Source of the DNA: Syncephalis fuscata S228
Lineage: Eukaryota; Fungi; Zoopagomycota
Length of the DNA: 64,000 bases
NCBI GenBank assembly: GCA_025786725.1
Contig: JAHLTZ010000009.1
Location: forward strand, 248,001 to 312,000
Direction: 5' to 3'
In this document: in pieces, positions 50,960-62,527 of the stretch
Layout: every line of letters starts with the position of its first letter
How positions within the stretch are numbered: position 1 is the first letter of the stretch
Notes under the pieces: model-generated
The model's input: only the letters and a program-made list of their open reading frames with translations
The model's database searches: none
Told to the model about the DNA's origin: nothing
Translations under genes and position numbers: made by a program

Positions 50960-51985
50960 TATTATTGACATTTGTAACATTCGCGTAGTTGAACTACACA
51001 TTGAATTTATTGAACATGGTGATGGGTGGTGAGCAACATCAATCATTAAATACTCATCACCATAGATTCATCATCCAGTATGTATATATTCAGTACATAT
51101 ATATCATCCCTATTCTATCTCACACCACTATACACCATGCTATGATATATTAGACACATTTTATTGTTTATATGCTCCAATATACTTTATTCATTCCACT
51201 TATTGCGTTATATGATTTCTTACCGTACATTTGTTATTTTATACACCATTATATACTCGCTTATCCTTTCTCTATCCAAAACTATTTTTATTTTTGTTCT
51301 AGCGTTATTATTATAAAGTTCGACTAATGTCGGTCATCTACTCATGCATATATGCTTAATAACTTAAACATCGCTAATCTTGTTCAATATTGCATATTTA
51401 TTATAATGTTTATTATTTTATTATATATTGGCTATACACTGTCTATAGCCGTTATCAGTATGATTCCAACTCTTTTATTAATGAATTATTGTATTTGAAT
51501 AATCTCTTCTATTTTCCAATCTTCTACTGTTACGTTTTGGGCATATTTATAATGTAGAATACTTGTCTATGGCGACAAAGAAGGTAGGACGACTAGCATT
51601 TCTGATGTTCGCCATTCTCTTGAGCATTCTTAGTATCAACTTGGTAGGCGCAGTTTATTTGCCAATCATTGATAAAGCAAATGATCTTCATCATAGCAAT
51701 AATGGTAAACTGAGTGTTCTCACCAGAAAGATTTTGTGACGACAGCTGTAACCAAATATACGGCATGCCGTTGAGGTTACTTGAACAGATGTTGATGTAA
51801 AATAAGAGAAATAAAGACTAGGGATTGAATAGTGTTATTTATTGGTGTTCAAATACACATGTCATTTATATTGTTATATTTGGCATTATAACATAATATA
51901 TTGCTGAATAGAACAATAATATAGTAATAAGAAAAGGGAGTGAAATAAGTAAATAAAAATATTGAAGTCAAAGTACAGTAGCTCC
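50960..51985. mobile_element. Degenerate repeat island ending in the TIR GAAGTCAAAGTACAG|TA
   Basis: Shares modules with 32360-33690 and 4855-4930. The terminal ~50 bp is an inverted homolog of 32364-32410. Confidence 0.6.
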
Positions 51986-52100
51986 AATTGATTAACTGGT
52001 AAAATAATGAAAATAGTAATAAATTAAATAACAGACTTGCTTTTCATTTAAACTCAAATAGATTTATTATTATTATTACTATTATTATTATTGTTAAAAA

Positions 52101-53846
52101 ATGCAATCTCTAAACACGCTTGTTTATACTGAAGAAGAACGTGCGGCGGAAAAGAAACAGGCAGTTGAGCTAGTTTCTACTCTGTCTACGACGCCGATAG
52201 AGCGTAGTACGTGGCATTTAGAGCTACGCCGTACACCAGGTCGTCAAATCGACGATCCTCACCAATTGCTTATTGCTTTTCGAGACAGTTTTGGCGAGTT
52301 ACGCGGCTTCGAAAGCGAATCCGAGGCCGATTCGGCCAATAGCACGGAGGATCAAACTGAAAAGGTGGCCGCAGCTGTATATAACGTATTCTGTCGGGCA
52401 GCAGCCTTTCCTATGAATCGTCGTGGTGAACCCGAGCGGCCAACACGCGTTGTTATGACGACCGTTGGCGATCTTATCGATCAGCAGTGGCGTTCGGTAG
52501 TTAGTCAGCGACTTCAGCGGCTAAATATTCAATTTGATCTAGATCCAAACTGGAAGCCATCTTTGCAAACAGAAGCAGACAAAGCTACTGCTAGTGCCAT
52601 TGACAAATCGAATTGCACTACAGCCAAACAAGTATATTTATTTGCTTGTCATGTTTGCTCACGCTCATTGTCCGAAACTTTATTATCGCGATGTGCACGC
52701 TGTGAGGCTGTGCGCTATTGTGGACGCGAATGCCAAAAGACCGATTGGACGACAGTCCACCGACGAGTCTGCGCCTCGCTTCGAACAGATAGGACACAGG
52801 CACGCGAGTTACCTCAACGACCCGGTTGTTATACGCAAGCAAAAGCGACCAATTTCAACTGGGATGAATATGTACAACAGACCACACTTAGTGCAGTATG
52901 GCCAATGGCCATAGCACTTGATCATTCAATGAACTCGTCACCGATGATTGTTAATTATTTAAAGGAACATGACCTAGCGATGGCCAACGAGCTTTGTCTT
53001 GATGCGCCATTGCTTGAGTCGTCTGGATTTAGAACAGCACCTAAAGCAATTAGTACATGGTTGGATGTATATCGCGCAAAAGGATTATCGGTAGATTCAC
53101 CAGCAGCCTTGTTAATCCACCGACCACTTACGCTATTTCATCTACTGACACACGTAGCTCAAAAACAGCCATATACTAGCATGAACCCAATTAAAACACT
53201 AGTTACAACGCCAGGCACCTATTTATGTGTTCATTGGGTTAATACAACACGTGCACATGTTGCCGTTAGCATGTTTTATGAGTTACTTACCGTACTACTT
53301 CCAGGTGTTACTATCGATTTATTCCTCGTCGGTACATTGCTTGTCAATTGTCAGTTCTCCGCGGACATGTTAGATACAAACGAGCAAAGTGGCCATAAGC
53401 ATAACAGAGACAGCCAGACGACTAGTAAATCAGTATCTTATACACGAGTGTTTAAAAATGAACGCGAGGGATCTTGTATACGTGTTCATATAGCACCGGT
53501 GACCTATTCACGCTTTCCAGCTCAACAATATCCGGCGGATCTGGTTATTTTATCGGAAATGACTGCAACAAACGAACCGCTAAACAATCTGCTCATGCAA
53601 ACAATCAATAAAGCACTCTCTGCACATGGTTGTCTAGCTATTCTAGAATCGACAGCACTTGGTATACGTCTACTGACCGATGATATTCGATCGATTAAAA
53701 ACGAGGTCAATCCAATCCATCAATGGACACCAGTATTTGAAACCGTACAAATGAATCCGTTTATCCATCCATGGTCAAAGATATTACCGTCATTATGTCT
53801 ACCTGCTTTTAATGATGCATTTTTGCAAACATTTACAAGAATATAA
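52101..53846 (+). CDS. MYND zinc finger protein (ZMYND15/MSS51-like C-terminal domain)
   Basis: CHVC...RCARCEAVRYCGRECQKTDWTTVHRRVC, SPAALLIHRPLTLF, ELLTVLLPGVTIDLFLVG, NPF. Intronless, 581 aa. Confidence 0.85.
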   Translation: MQSLNTLVYTEEERAAEKKQAVELVSTLSTTPIERSTWHLELRRTPGRQIDDPHQLLIAFRDSFGELRGFESESEADSANSTEDQTEKVAAAVYNVFCRAAAFPMNRRGEPERPTRVVMTTVGDLIDQQWRSVVSQRLQRLNIQFDLDPNWKPSLQTEADKATASAIDKSNCTTAKQVYLFACHVCSRSLSETLLSRCARCEAVRYCGRECQKTDWTTVHRRVCASLRTDRTQARELPQRPGCYTQAKATNFNWDEYVQQTTLSAVWPMAIALDHSMNSSPMIVNYLKEHDLAMANELCLDAPLLESSGFRTAPKAISTWLDVYRAKGLSVDSPAALLIHRPLTLFHLLTHVAQKQPYTSMNPIKTLVTTPGTYLCVHWVNTTRAHVAVSMFYELLTVLLPGVTIDLFLVGTLLVNCQFSADMLDTNEQSGHKHNRDSQTTSKSVSYTRVFKNEREGSCIRVHIAPVTYSRFPAQQYPADLVILSEMTATNEPLNNLLMQTINKALSAHGCLAILESTALGIRLLTDDIRSIKNEVNPIHQWTPVFETVQMNPFIHPWSKILPSLCLPAFNDAFLQTFTRI

Positions 53847-54229
53847 TAAATTATTTATAAAAGATGTAAATAATAATAATAATAATAATCACTTTGTTAA
53901 AAGAATAAATACCAATAACAAGTATATTAAACTCAAAAATTAAAAGCTCACCTATCGATGTAACTTTAAATATTCTGGAAAATAAAGCATTCGTATTTTT
54001 TTCATAAACCTCATTATTGAAAAGTATTATTACGACAGTTTATCGATGAACTATAACTGTAAAGAGAATAGTTTTCCATTTAAATAAGAAAAGTATTTCC
54101 ATTTTTTCTTTTTCTTTTCATTTTCATTCTATTCTTTTTTAACTGCGCTTTTATTTATAGCTACTGACATTGATCAAGCAAGATTAAGGCAAGTATTTAT
54201 ACCATTTGTTATATGGAATATGCCTAGAT

Positions 54230-54344
54230 GTGCGTGATGATAACGTTAGACGGGCGGACGGAGGTGTCACTGCTGGTGACGGTCAGGAGTGTACAAATTT
54301 TCTTGACTCAGTGGTGACCGTGTCGAATGTCTATTGCTGATGCT
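54230..54344 (+). ncRNA. snR70: Box C/D snoRNA, snR70/SNORD43 (U43) ortholog, predicted guide for 18S Cm1639 (yeast numbering)
   Basis: C box GTGATGA at 54234-54240. Guide GACGGGCGG (54249-54257) is antisense to 18S CCGCCCGUC and is followed by A and D' box CGGA. Internal G-U-containing stems. D box CTGA at 54337-54340. The +5 rule lands on the C equivalent to E. coli C1402. Confidence 0.85.
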
Positions 54345-55027
54345 TCTTTTTCTACTGTTATAATCTATTGCGATACGCCTACAGATTACTAACCTACTGT
54401 TGCTATTAGATAGGCTCAAGTAATTGCTGATTATTTAAATAAAATACCATTAAATCTATTTACTTAAATCTATAGTGAATTGTGGATTAAAGTACAACGC
54501 GTATTTTATGATTTGATTAATTGCTGTAATGTTTTGTCCATTGCTTTAGTTTATAGCTGTTTACAAATTTATAATGTAAGATTATTCATAATAAATAGCG
54601 TAAAAATAAGCTATTACTATATTGTTTTTGCAACATAAATACACGCTGCTACTATTTGTCTTTTAAATATGCTGGTATTTTATTAAAAATTAAAAACGAA
54701 AAAGTTCAGTGTATAAAGATAATGATTGACATAATAAGATGGTGATATTTATTAGCAAATATACAGAAAATGAGTGAAAAAGACGAAGGTACTTGCTGAT
54801 GCTTTATTATTTTACTACTGAGATGTTCTATAGCGACATATCGTTATTGCAAATTGAATTGACAGTTGTTTGCGCAGTTTCAGCAATAGCATATCTGTTG
54901 CAGTAGGCTTATCAGCTGCGCGTAGTTGGTGTTACTCCTGTGATTTTTGGTTTCATCTTTGTTATAACGTAGCACCCTTTTCTTTTACTGCCAGCTGCAA
55001 CTTTACTCTTTACTATCCATCGACAAT

Positions 55028-55486
55028 ATGCTCGAATATTTGTATGATAATCAAAGTGCATCGGCCGCCATCGAAGCAAAGTACAAAGCTGCAGGCGACG
55101 ATGAAATCAGTGCACTTGACATTGCAGCCATTAGCCATCCGGTAACATGGGAACAGCATCGACAACATCGACAACAGTCGTATACATCATCTGTTAGCCA
55201 TCGACTTCAAGCGATTCGTTCTTGGGTGCAGCAGCGTTTATTACAGCCATCGACATGGTCTACCACCAATACAGCAACAATAACAACGCATCGCTCCCAT
55301 TATCCTTATCCACATCGTGCTGAAGCTACACACCACCAAGTAACAACAGAGGTAGAAAATGCTATGGAGCACCTGCAAGCAAATGAACAAAAAAATAGTA
55401 CTATCGATGATTTTACTTTAACAGAATCAACAACTGCGGATAATCGTCAACGCAGGCATCAATATAAAATACGCAGCAAGCTTTGA
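55028..55486 (+). CDS. Hypothetical protein (152 aa)
   Basis: Open frame with coding-like GC content; no recognisable domain. Confidence 0.45.
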   Translation: MLEYLYDNQSASAAIEAKYKAAGDDEISALDIAAISHPVTWEQHRQHRQQSYTSSVSHRLQAIRSWVQQRLLQPSTWSTTNTATITTHRSHYPYPHRAEATHHQVTTEVENAMEHLQANEQKNSTIDDFTLTESTTADNRQRRHQYKIRSKL

Positions 55487-56359
55487 CTTTTCAGCTTATT
55501 GCAGCGCGTGTACATATCAACTAAAATAAACTAGCTGCTTAATGGTGATAATATTTTTAATATTATGAAACATCACACATCGCATTTTATGTTTCGGCTG
55601 TGGTGAATCAATGGACTTGTGGTGATGGTGGTGGTGGTGTTTATCGAGGGTGATGGCCAATGCGTACACACGCCCTTTTCACTGGACTATTGGGGCAGAG
55701 ACCAAGAAGGTGCTGGTGTAGTACAAGGCCAAAGGCAGAATAAAGAATGGATGTTGTTTGTGGTAAAATGGCGTATGGCCACCAGGTAATTACGAATCAA
55801 TGGCGAGCTACTAATAATAGATGGAAGGAGTGCGGAGTAGTGCAAATTTTTGCATTCTAATTGCCCCTGTAGGCAGCGTAAATCCTGTTATTATTGCTGT
55901 TGGCAATACCCACATGGCAGGCCATGCATCAATGAAATCAAATTTCTCCTTCTAATAATGATGTGGGAACTTGGTGTCTTGTACAAGACATGTGTCTTGC
56001 TTGATGTTTAAAAGGGGCCTTCACCAGCTAAACATGCCCCGCCGCTCACAATTCAACCAGCTCTTCTTTTAACTGACCAGTTTTACTTTTACTTTGATAT
56101 TTCATATCAACTACTGTATGTTAAGTGTCTGAATACCATTGGCAACCAAGCAACATCAAATTGCGCTTCACCACCACGCCAAACAACACTCGAATGCTAA
56201 AAGGAACCAAACCATCTCTTTGTTGTTGTTCACGTCGTTTCCATAACGCCGTCCAAATACCTTTTAATTATAGCCATCGTGGCTTTATCAATATAGCAGT
56301 GCCAAGCTCGTGTTTTCCTCCCTTTCGCTAAAAGCTAGTTATTAGTGCAAATATACAAC

Positions 56360-57133
56360 ATGTATAACAGCAGTAGTAATAGTAAAAATATGCGTCTACA
56401 AACCTTTGGCGCTTCTGCCATCAACGTCAGCCCCCCTGAAGTCAGCAGTGGATATCGTCTTCGAGACCGTCGCGCATCTATCACTACTGAGACGAATACG
56501 GCAACGCCATCTGCACCGGCGTTTGTGCCTTCCAAGGAACGGCTTGACCATTCACTCGTATTGCACGATAATACCGGATTAGCTGTCCATTCGGCCAATC
56601 TACCAAGCGAATCGGTGCGACCAGATGCTTATGTCGAATCGGAAGCACGTGCAGCTTCCTATCCCTTATCACCGGAACCGACGGCCAATACTGGAACTGC
56701 AACTTCTCCTTCATCGCCCCAGCAAAAACTACCTTTCCGGTATTTTAGAAGCAACAGCGGCAATCGGCCCTATAGCAATCGTTCGTCGTCGCCTCTTTCA
56801 TCAAAGGATCCGGAGCATACGAATGATGATGAACAGGTACGCATCCAATCGGCTACGATAAAAAGTACGGCAGCTGTTCATGACGTTCAGCTTGGTCCCG
56901 ACGAATTTGGACGCATCACGTCGGATGTACAGCGCGTTAGCCAGAACCATTGTCCACCCGATTGGCATCGCGACGAGGAAGTAGATCGATCAAGCGTGCC
57001 AGGAGCTGAAGAGTATCTAGAGCGACATAATAAGCGTCAGCTTCATGCGGCACAATCATCCAGGCAAGCATCATCATCATTAGTATCGTCGTTGCCATTG
57101 TCGTCTGAAATACGCCTTGTCAGTAAACTTTAA
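56360..57133 (+). CDS. Hypothetical disordered Ser/Pro-rich protein
   Basis: ~257-aa ORF with coding-like composition and an RRAS kinase-type motif; no domain recognised. Confidence 0.55.
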   Translation: MYNSSSNSKNMRLQTFGASAINVSPPEVSSGYRLRDRRASITTETNTATPSAPAFVPSKERLDHSLVLHDNTGLAVHSANLPSESVRPDAYVESEARAASYPLSPEPTANTGTATSPSSPQQKLPFRYFRSNSGNRPYSNRSSSPLSSKDPEHTNDDEQVRIQSATIKSTAAVHDVQLGPDEFGRITSDVQRVSQNHCPPDWHRDEEVDRSSVPGAEEYLERHNKRQLHAAQSSRQASSSLVSSLPLSSEIRLVSKL

Positions 57134-58174
57134 GGTGTACACAGACAATCGTAGCGCACATGTGCGGGTATTCGATCATTGCTTACTTATATTTGTTGTT
57201 GCATGTAGCGCTCATACTGCTAATTGCTGTACAAATGGCAACTAGCTCACAATTATTACAAAGATTATATATTGCCATAATTGGCAATATACTATTTCTT
57301 TACTTCTTTTGCTAATGTTAGCGGTTTATTATTGTCTGATATATCTATTCCATCAACGATGGTTGTAACCAGTTAAATATTACCAGTGTTATACGAATTA
57401 TTGCCAACTTTGATGATAATGATCGATTTTAAATGAAAATGAAATCGTTTGTTTTTTTAGTAGCACTTAATTTGATTGTCAAACAACTGCCAATCTATTG
57501 CAAGTTGCATTAGCGGCCACATAGCAACCATTACAAAATTACTCAGCATTATCACCATGTAATAAAATAACTATCATTTATACTCACTATAATAGACACT
57601 GTGTTATCATAGATAGCTAAATTTATTTAGTTTGTAGTATAGAAAACATGGCATGCTGCAATGTTATTTGTGACAATCAGGCCAGTGCCATTCATGCGCC
57701 CATTAAATAAAAATGGTATAAAGTATTTCAAAGCTATTACTACATTATTATAAAAAACAAAAAATAGTATAGCTAATTAACCAACCAACTATTAGAATAA
57801 TACAGCTAATATAATTAGGATGCACCGTGTACGTTCATAGACAGCTGTTTTATTACAGCAATATTTGCGAATGCTTATAAAGCATAAATGTTTGCGCTAT
57901 ACAGCTATTAAAATTGTAATAGCTTTATTCAAGCTGATACAAGTTTTTCATTTGATCTTGAATAATGAGCTAAGAGAAATTTAAGAAATGTAATCTAATT
58001 TATGTATAATACTAGTGTTGAGCCTTTAAAAGGTCTTTATGCTCATAAATTACATTTTAATTTTTACGTTTTTCATACAGTCCTTTATTTACCAAGCTAT
58101 ATTCACACACATATATATATTACATTAATAACAAACAACGATAACCGATAACCAATAACAGCATTGTATTAAAA

Positions 58175-59161
58175 ATGAACACTAAAAATGAAAGTGATAT
58201 TTATGTATTATCTATTGTACCCCATCAAGCATATCCAGTGAACAATTACGAAGTTATGAAAGGAACTCCCGATAGTTTGAAAGAAATGCGAAAACAATTA
58301 ATATATATTTGGCTACAGCTCGCAGCCCATGTTATTATAAACTATATTCAAGTGCGCAATATCAAGATTGCCCTTCGATTAGTTATAGAGCAGCCGCGAG
58401 CACTTGCAAGATGGTGTTGCTTGATACCTTCAGTTTTATGCATTGGCGTATCAGTACTTACAGTCATGTTTAATTTTATCAAAGTCTTTGGCATAAATGT
58501 ACTAGTATTTTTATTGGATGTGGGCCATTCCCGTTGCCCGCGCATGCTACAGTATGACTATATTGCAAAAAGCGTACACAATATCACGTAAAAATCGTTG
58601 GGTACTTGTAATAGGAATAATATTAACTCTTCTACAAGTGGTATTGCCTAGTGCCTTGTTTAATATTCGTATTATTATGGATACGGAAACTTACCGTAAT
58701 GGCTCGATACATTATGCACCCTTTTCAGTGCTAATCTGGTACACTATGTCCCTACCTGTCAACATATTTCTTTCGTCAGTATTCAGTTACGCGGCCTATA
58801 AGCAATACCGCAAATTTGGTTCTAAAATCTGGAGACGTTTGGCCAGAGACGGCATTGAATCCATTTGTCTTGTCATACTTTCTAATACAATTTTAAACGT
58901 TCTATTGTATCTTGTTAAAGCTTGCGATCTTTATATGTTTTTCTGTTTTATTGACTGGTAAACCTGAGCAATCGCAATATTTGTTCCATACTAACACATT
59001 TCTATTTTAGTGTAATCTGTTCAACTGTTTTACTTGAAAGCTGCCGTAGAACACGCCATATATTAAATGGAGCCAACCAGCCAATGACCGAGAAAATGCT
59101 TCATATTTCACAAATACCATCGCCAACATGGGACAAAATAACTATTACTGCATTTAAATAG
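58175..59161 (+). CDS. Orphan 7TM-like family copy D (1-nt insertion in a T-run near 58510)
   Basis: Same as copy C except for the first ~24 codons and a few substitutions. Confidence 0.78.
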
Positions 59162-59938
59162 TCAACTATACCGTAGCACAATCAATATATTTATCGCCCC
59201 TGGCATTCTTGGCAACAGTTGTACTGCACAATAAACTAGATTCAATTGTTGCTGGAACATCGCAATACAAGTGTCATTATAAAAACAGAATGTCTGCAAA
59301 TGTTTAAAAATATAGACTAGTACAATACATTTATTCAAATATATACAACCAAGTAGATATTTAGTGTACAACTATTTAATATTGCACAAATGTCACGCAG
59401 CTTGCTATCGCATTTTTCACAGTTTAGTACACTTGGAATAAGAATAAGAATAAGAATAAGAATAATAAATACAATTTATTCATGTTATTCTGAATAACAA
59501 TACCTTTTTGTTTAGTCACTGCGCGATAGCGAATGTCTATTGCTGCATCGATTGCTTGCATGTATTTAAGCAATAAATAGATATCACAAAGTTTAATTAA
59601 TGTTTACAATCTATTTCTATGTTTTAATCAAATTGCTGTTTAATTACATTTTTAGATTATTTGCGTTTTATTGCATATTAATAACCATGAACGATTAAAC
59701 CAAGTGTCTAGAAGTAGCTTGAAAAAAATACCAAATCACATTGGATATTCCACCGCTTTATTCGCTTTCATTGTTGTTGGTACACTATTCAGTCTGTATT
59801 GCATCCATCTGGGCGTCACAGTGTATGTGTCATATACTGATTGATAATTGAAGAAGCGACTGTACTAACATTAACAATATGTAAATACTATAAAATATAG
59901 ATAAAATATTTCATTTATTTTAATAAAAACACAAAACA
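58246..59938 (+). repeat. ~1.7 kb near-identical direct repeat, copy 2
   Basis: Matches 46127-47812. Confidence 0.95.
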
Positions 59939-59977
59939 CAATAAATGAATATAATTTTTTTAATTGTATCTTACATC

Positions 59978-60056
59978 TTTCTTACTGATATTACTAAAAA
60001 CAAAATAGTATCGAGTCGAGTACTCAATCTATATTGAATCAAATATGACAATAATC
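59978..60056 (+). repeat. Inverted repeat arm, partner of 63920-64000
   Basis: TTTCTTACTGATATTACTAAAAACAAAATAGTATCGAGTCGAGTACTCAATCTATATTGAATCAAAT is the exact reverse complement of the window end. Confidence 0.9.
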
Positions 60057-60531
60057 GTATCGGAACACAGCTATGCTAGTTTAACACTGTTAAAACAATT
60101 ACATCCTTAATATATTTATATCGCTGTAGATAACTACTTACTTATTTATCCTTGCTATCTTTTTATTTACAAATTATGTACATTATATCGTTGGTTTTTA
60201 TTTGTTTGTATTTACCACATTTCACAACAGTCTTTTGAAAACATATATTATTGTTATAGTATGACTAGTTCTATTTACCAAAACTAACAGCAAATAAATA
60301 TCACAATCTATAATGTTTACATGGCTATAATGTATAAATGGTAATGTATCAGTGTAATTGATAATTGGCAATTTATAAGATCAAAATAGATCCGATAAAC
60401 AAATCAGATCAATTGAAGATGCAAGTCCATTTAAAGGTCGCTGACGCAGTAAGCCCTTTCTCGTTTAGTCCGCCCCTTGTCTTTCCTTTAAATAACTACT
60501 GACTATTTTGAAAACGGCTACCACGATCACT

Positions 60532-62386
60532 ATGTTGTCTGCAAGCACTTCTCTATCCTCAATGACCCGTCTTGTAGGCGTAGCGAGCAAGCAAATACTT
60601 CGCCCAGCTGTCATGACACAAACTTATCGTCATTGTAAGCAAGCCTTACCAGCAACTAATTACTCTATATCGCTTAACTTATCTACAAACGTTGAAACTA
60701 GATAGCAGCGGTGGCAACAAGCCAGACCGTATAATTGTTGATAATCCAGTAGTTGATATTGATGGCGATGAAATGACGCGTATTATTTGGCAAATGATTA
60801 AGGATAAGGTATGTAACTTGACTAGATAAATTAGCCATTACTAGCCTTTACATATGATAATAAATAGCATTATATAAACTAATTGATATCAGCTTATTTT
60901 CCCCTATGTTAAAGTAGATGCCAAATACTACGACCTTGGCATGGAGAATCGAGATAAGGTAAATAAAGTGATGAGCTGATAAATCAACAATATATAAATA
61001 ATAGTAATTATTATTAGACAGATGATCGAGTTACTGTAGAGGCTGCAGAGGCCATCAAGAAATACAATGTTGGTATAAAATGCGCAACCATTACTCCAGA
61101 CGAGGCACGTGTTAAGGGTAGGTGATTAGTGTGTTTATTAATATCAATTGTAATAATAATGAAATGTAGAATTTAATCTAAAGAAAATGTACCGTTCACC
61201 AAATGGTACCATTCGTAATATTCTTAATGGTACGGTATTCCGGGAACCAATTCTTTTCAAGACTGTGCCACGTATTATTCCAGACTGGAAAGAACCCATT
61301 GTTATTGGTCGTCATGCTTATGGTGACCAGGTAGATTGATCTAAAGCATTAATTATAAGCTGTTACTGATAAATAGCTATTTATTTTAGTATCGCGCTGT
61401 TGACTTTCTGGTCGAAGGTCCAGGCACTTTTGAACTTGTTTTTAAGCCAAAGAACGGCCAAAAAGAACAAAACTTTGTAGTCCATGAATTTGATGTAAGT
61501 TAATATTAATCAACTTGTTTGTGATTTATAATTACTTAGCATGAACAGGGCCGTGGCGTAGCTATGGGCATGTTTAATACCGACGAGGTAACTAATTGTC
61601 ATTATTGTGTTACTGACACTGATATTAATACTTGACTAATTGCCATAGTCTATTACTGGATTTGCTCATAGCAGCTTTAATATGGCTCTGACCAAGAACA
61701 TGCCACTCTACTTGAGTACCAAGAACACGATCTTAAAGAAATACGATGGTCGATTTAAGGATATTTTCCAACAAATCTACGATCAAGACTACAAAACCAA
61801 ATTTGAAGCAGCCGGCCTTTGGTATGAGCACCGACTTATTGACGATATGGTCGCTCAGGCCATTAAATCAAAGGGCGGATTTGTATGGGCTTGCAAGAAC
61901 TACGATGGTGACGTCCAATCGGATATTTTGGCTCAAGGTTTTGGCTCACTTGGTCTTATGACTTCGGTGCTTGTTGCGCCCGATGGCCGTACACTTGAAT
62001 CGGAAGCAGCTCATGGCACGGTGACTCGCCATTACCGCGAACACCAAAAGGGCCGCGAAACGTCGACCAATCCCATTGCTTCTATCTTTGCCTGGACCCG
62101 TGGCCTTGCTCATCGTGCTCGTCTCGATAATAATGGTCCATTGCTTAAATTCTCCGAAGAACTTGAACGAGCCTGTGTTGAAACGGTTGATGTTGATGGA
62201 CAAATGACTAAAGATTTGGCACTAGCCATTCACGGTCAAGATGGGTAAGTAATAGCAATATCTTTTAATATACAATTTTCTAATTAGTATATTATAATCT
62301 ATAGATTAAAACGAGAACACTATGTGACAACAACCGAGTTCATGAATGCCATTGAACATCGATTCAAGCAAATTCATGCGCCATAA
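60532..62386 (+). CDS. IDP1: NADP-dependent isocitrate dehydrogenase with a mitochondrial-type presequence
   Basis: [71 protein letters not shown]-terminus is Ser/Arg-rich and lacks acidic residues. Confidence 0.97.
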
Positions 62387-62527
62387 ATAAATATCATCAT
62401 TTATTGATTGAAGCATTTCTATTTTGTGCTAATTTCAATAATAAAATACGCACAATGACACAGACCAACAAGTGTGATCATCATTCATCAATACTAATAG
62501 GCTAAAAATTGAAAATGCAGTAAATTA

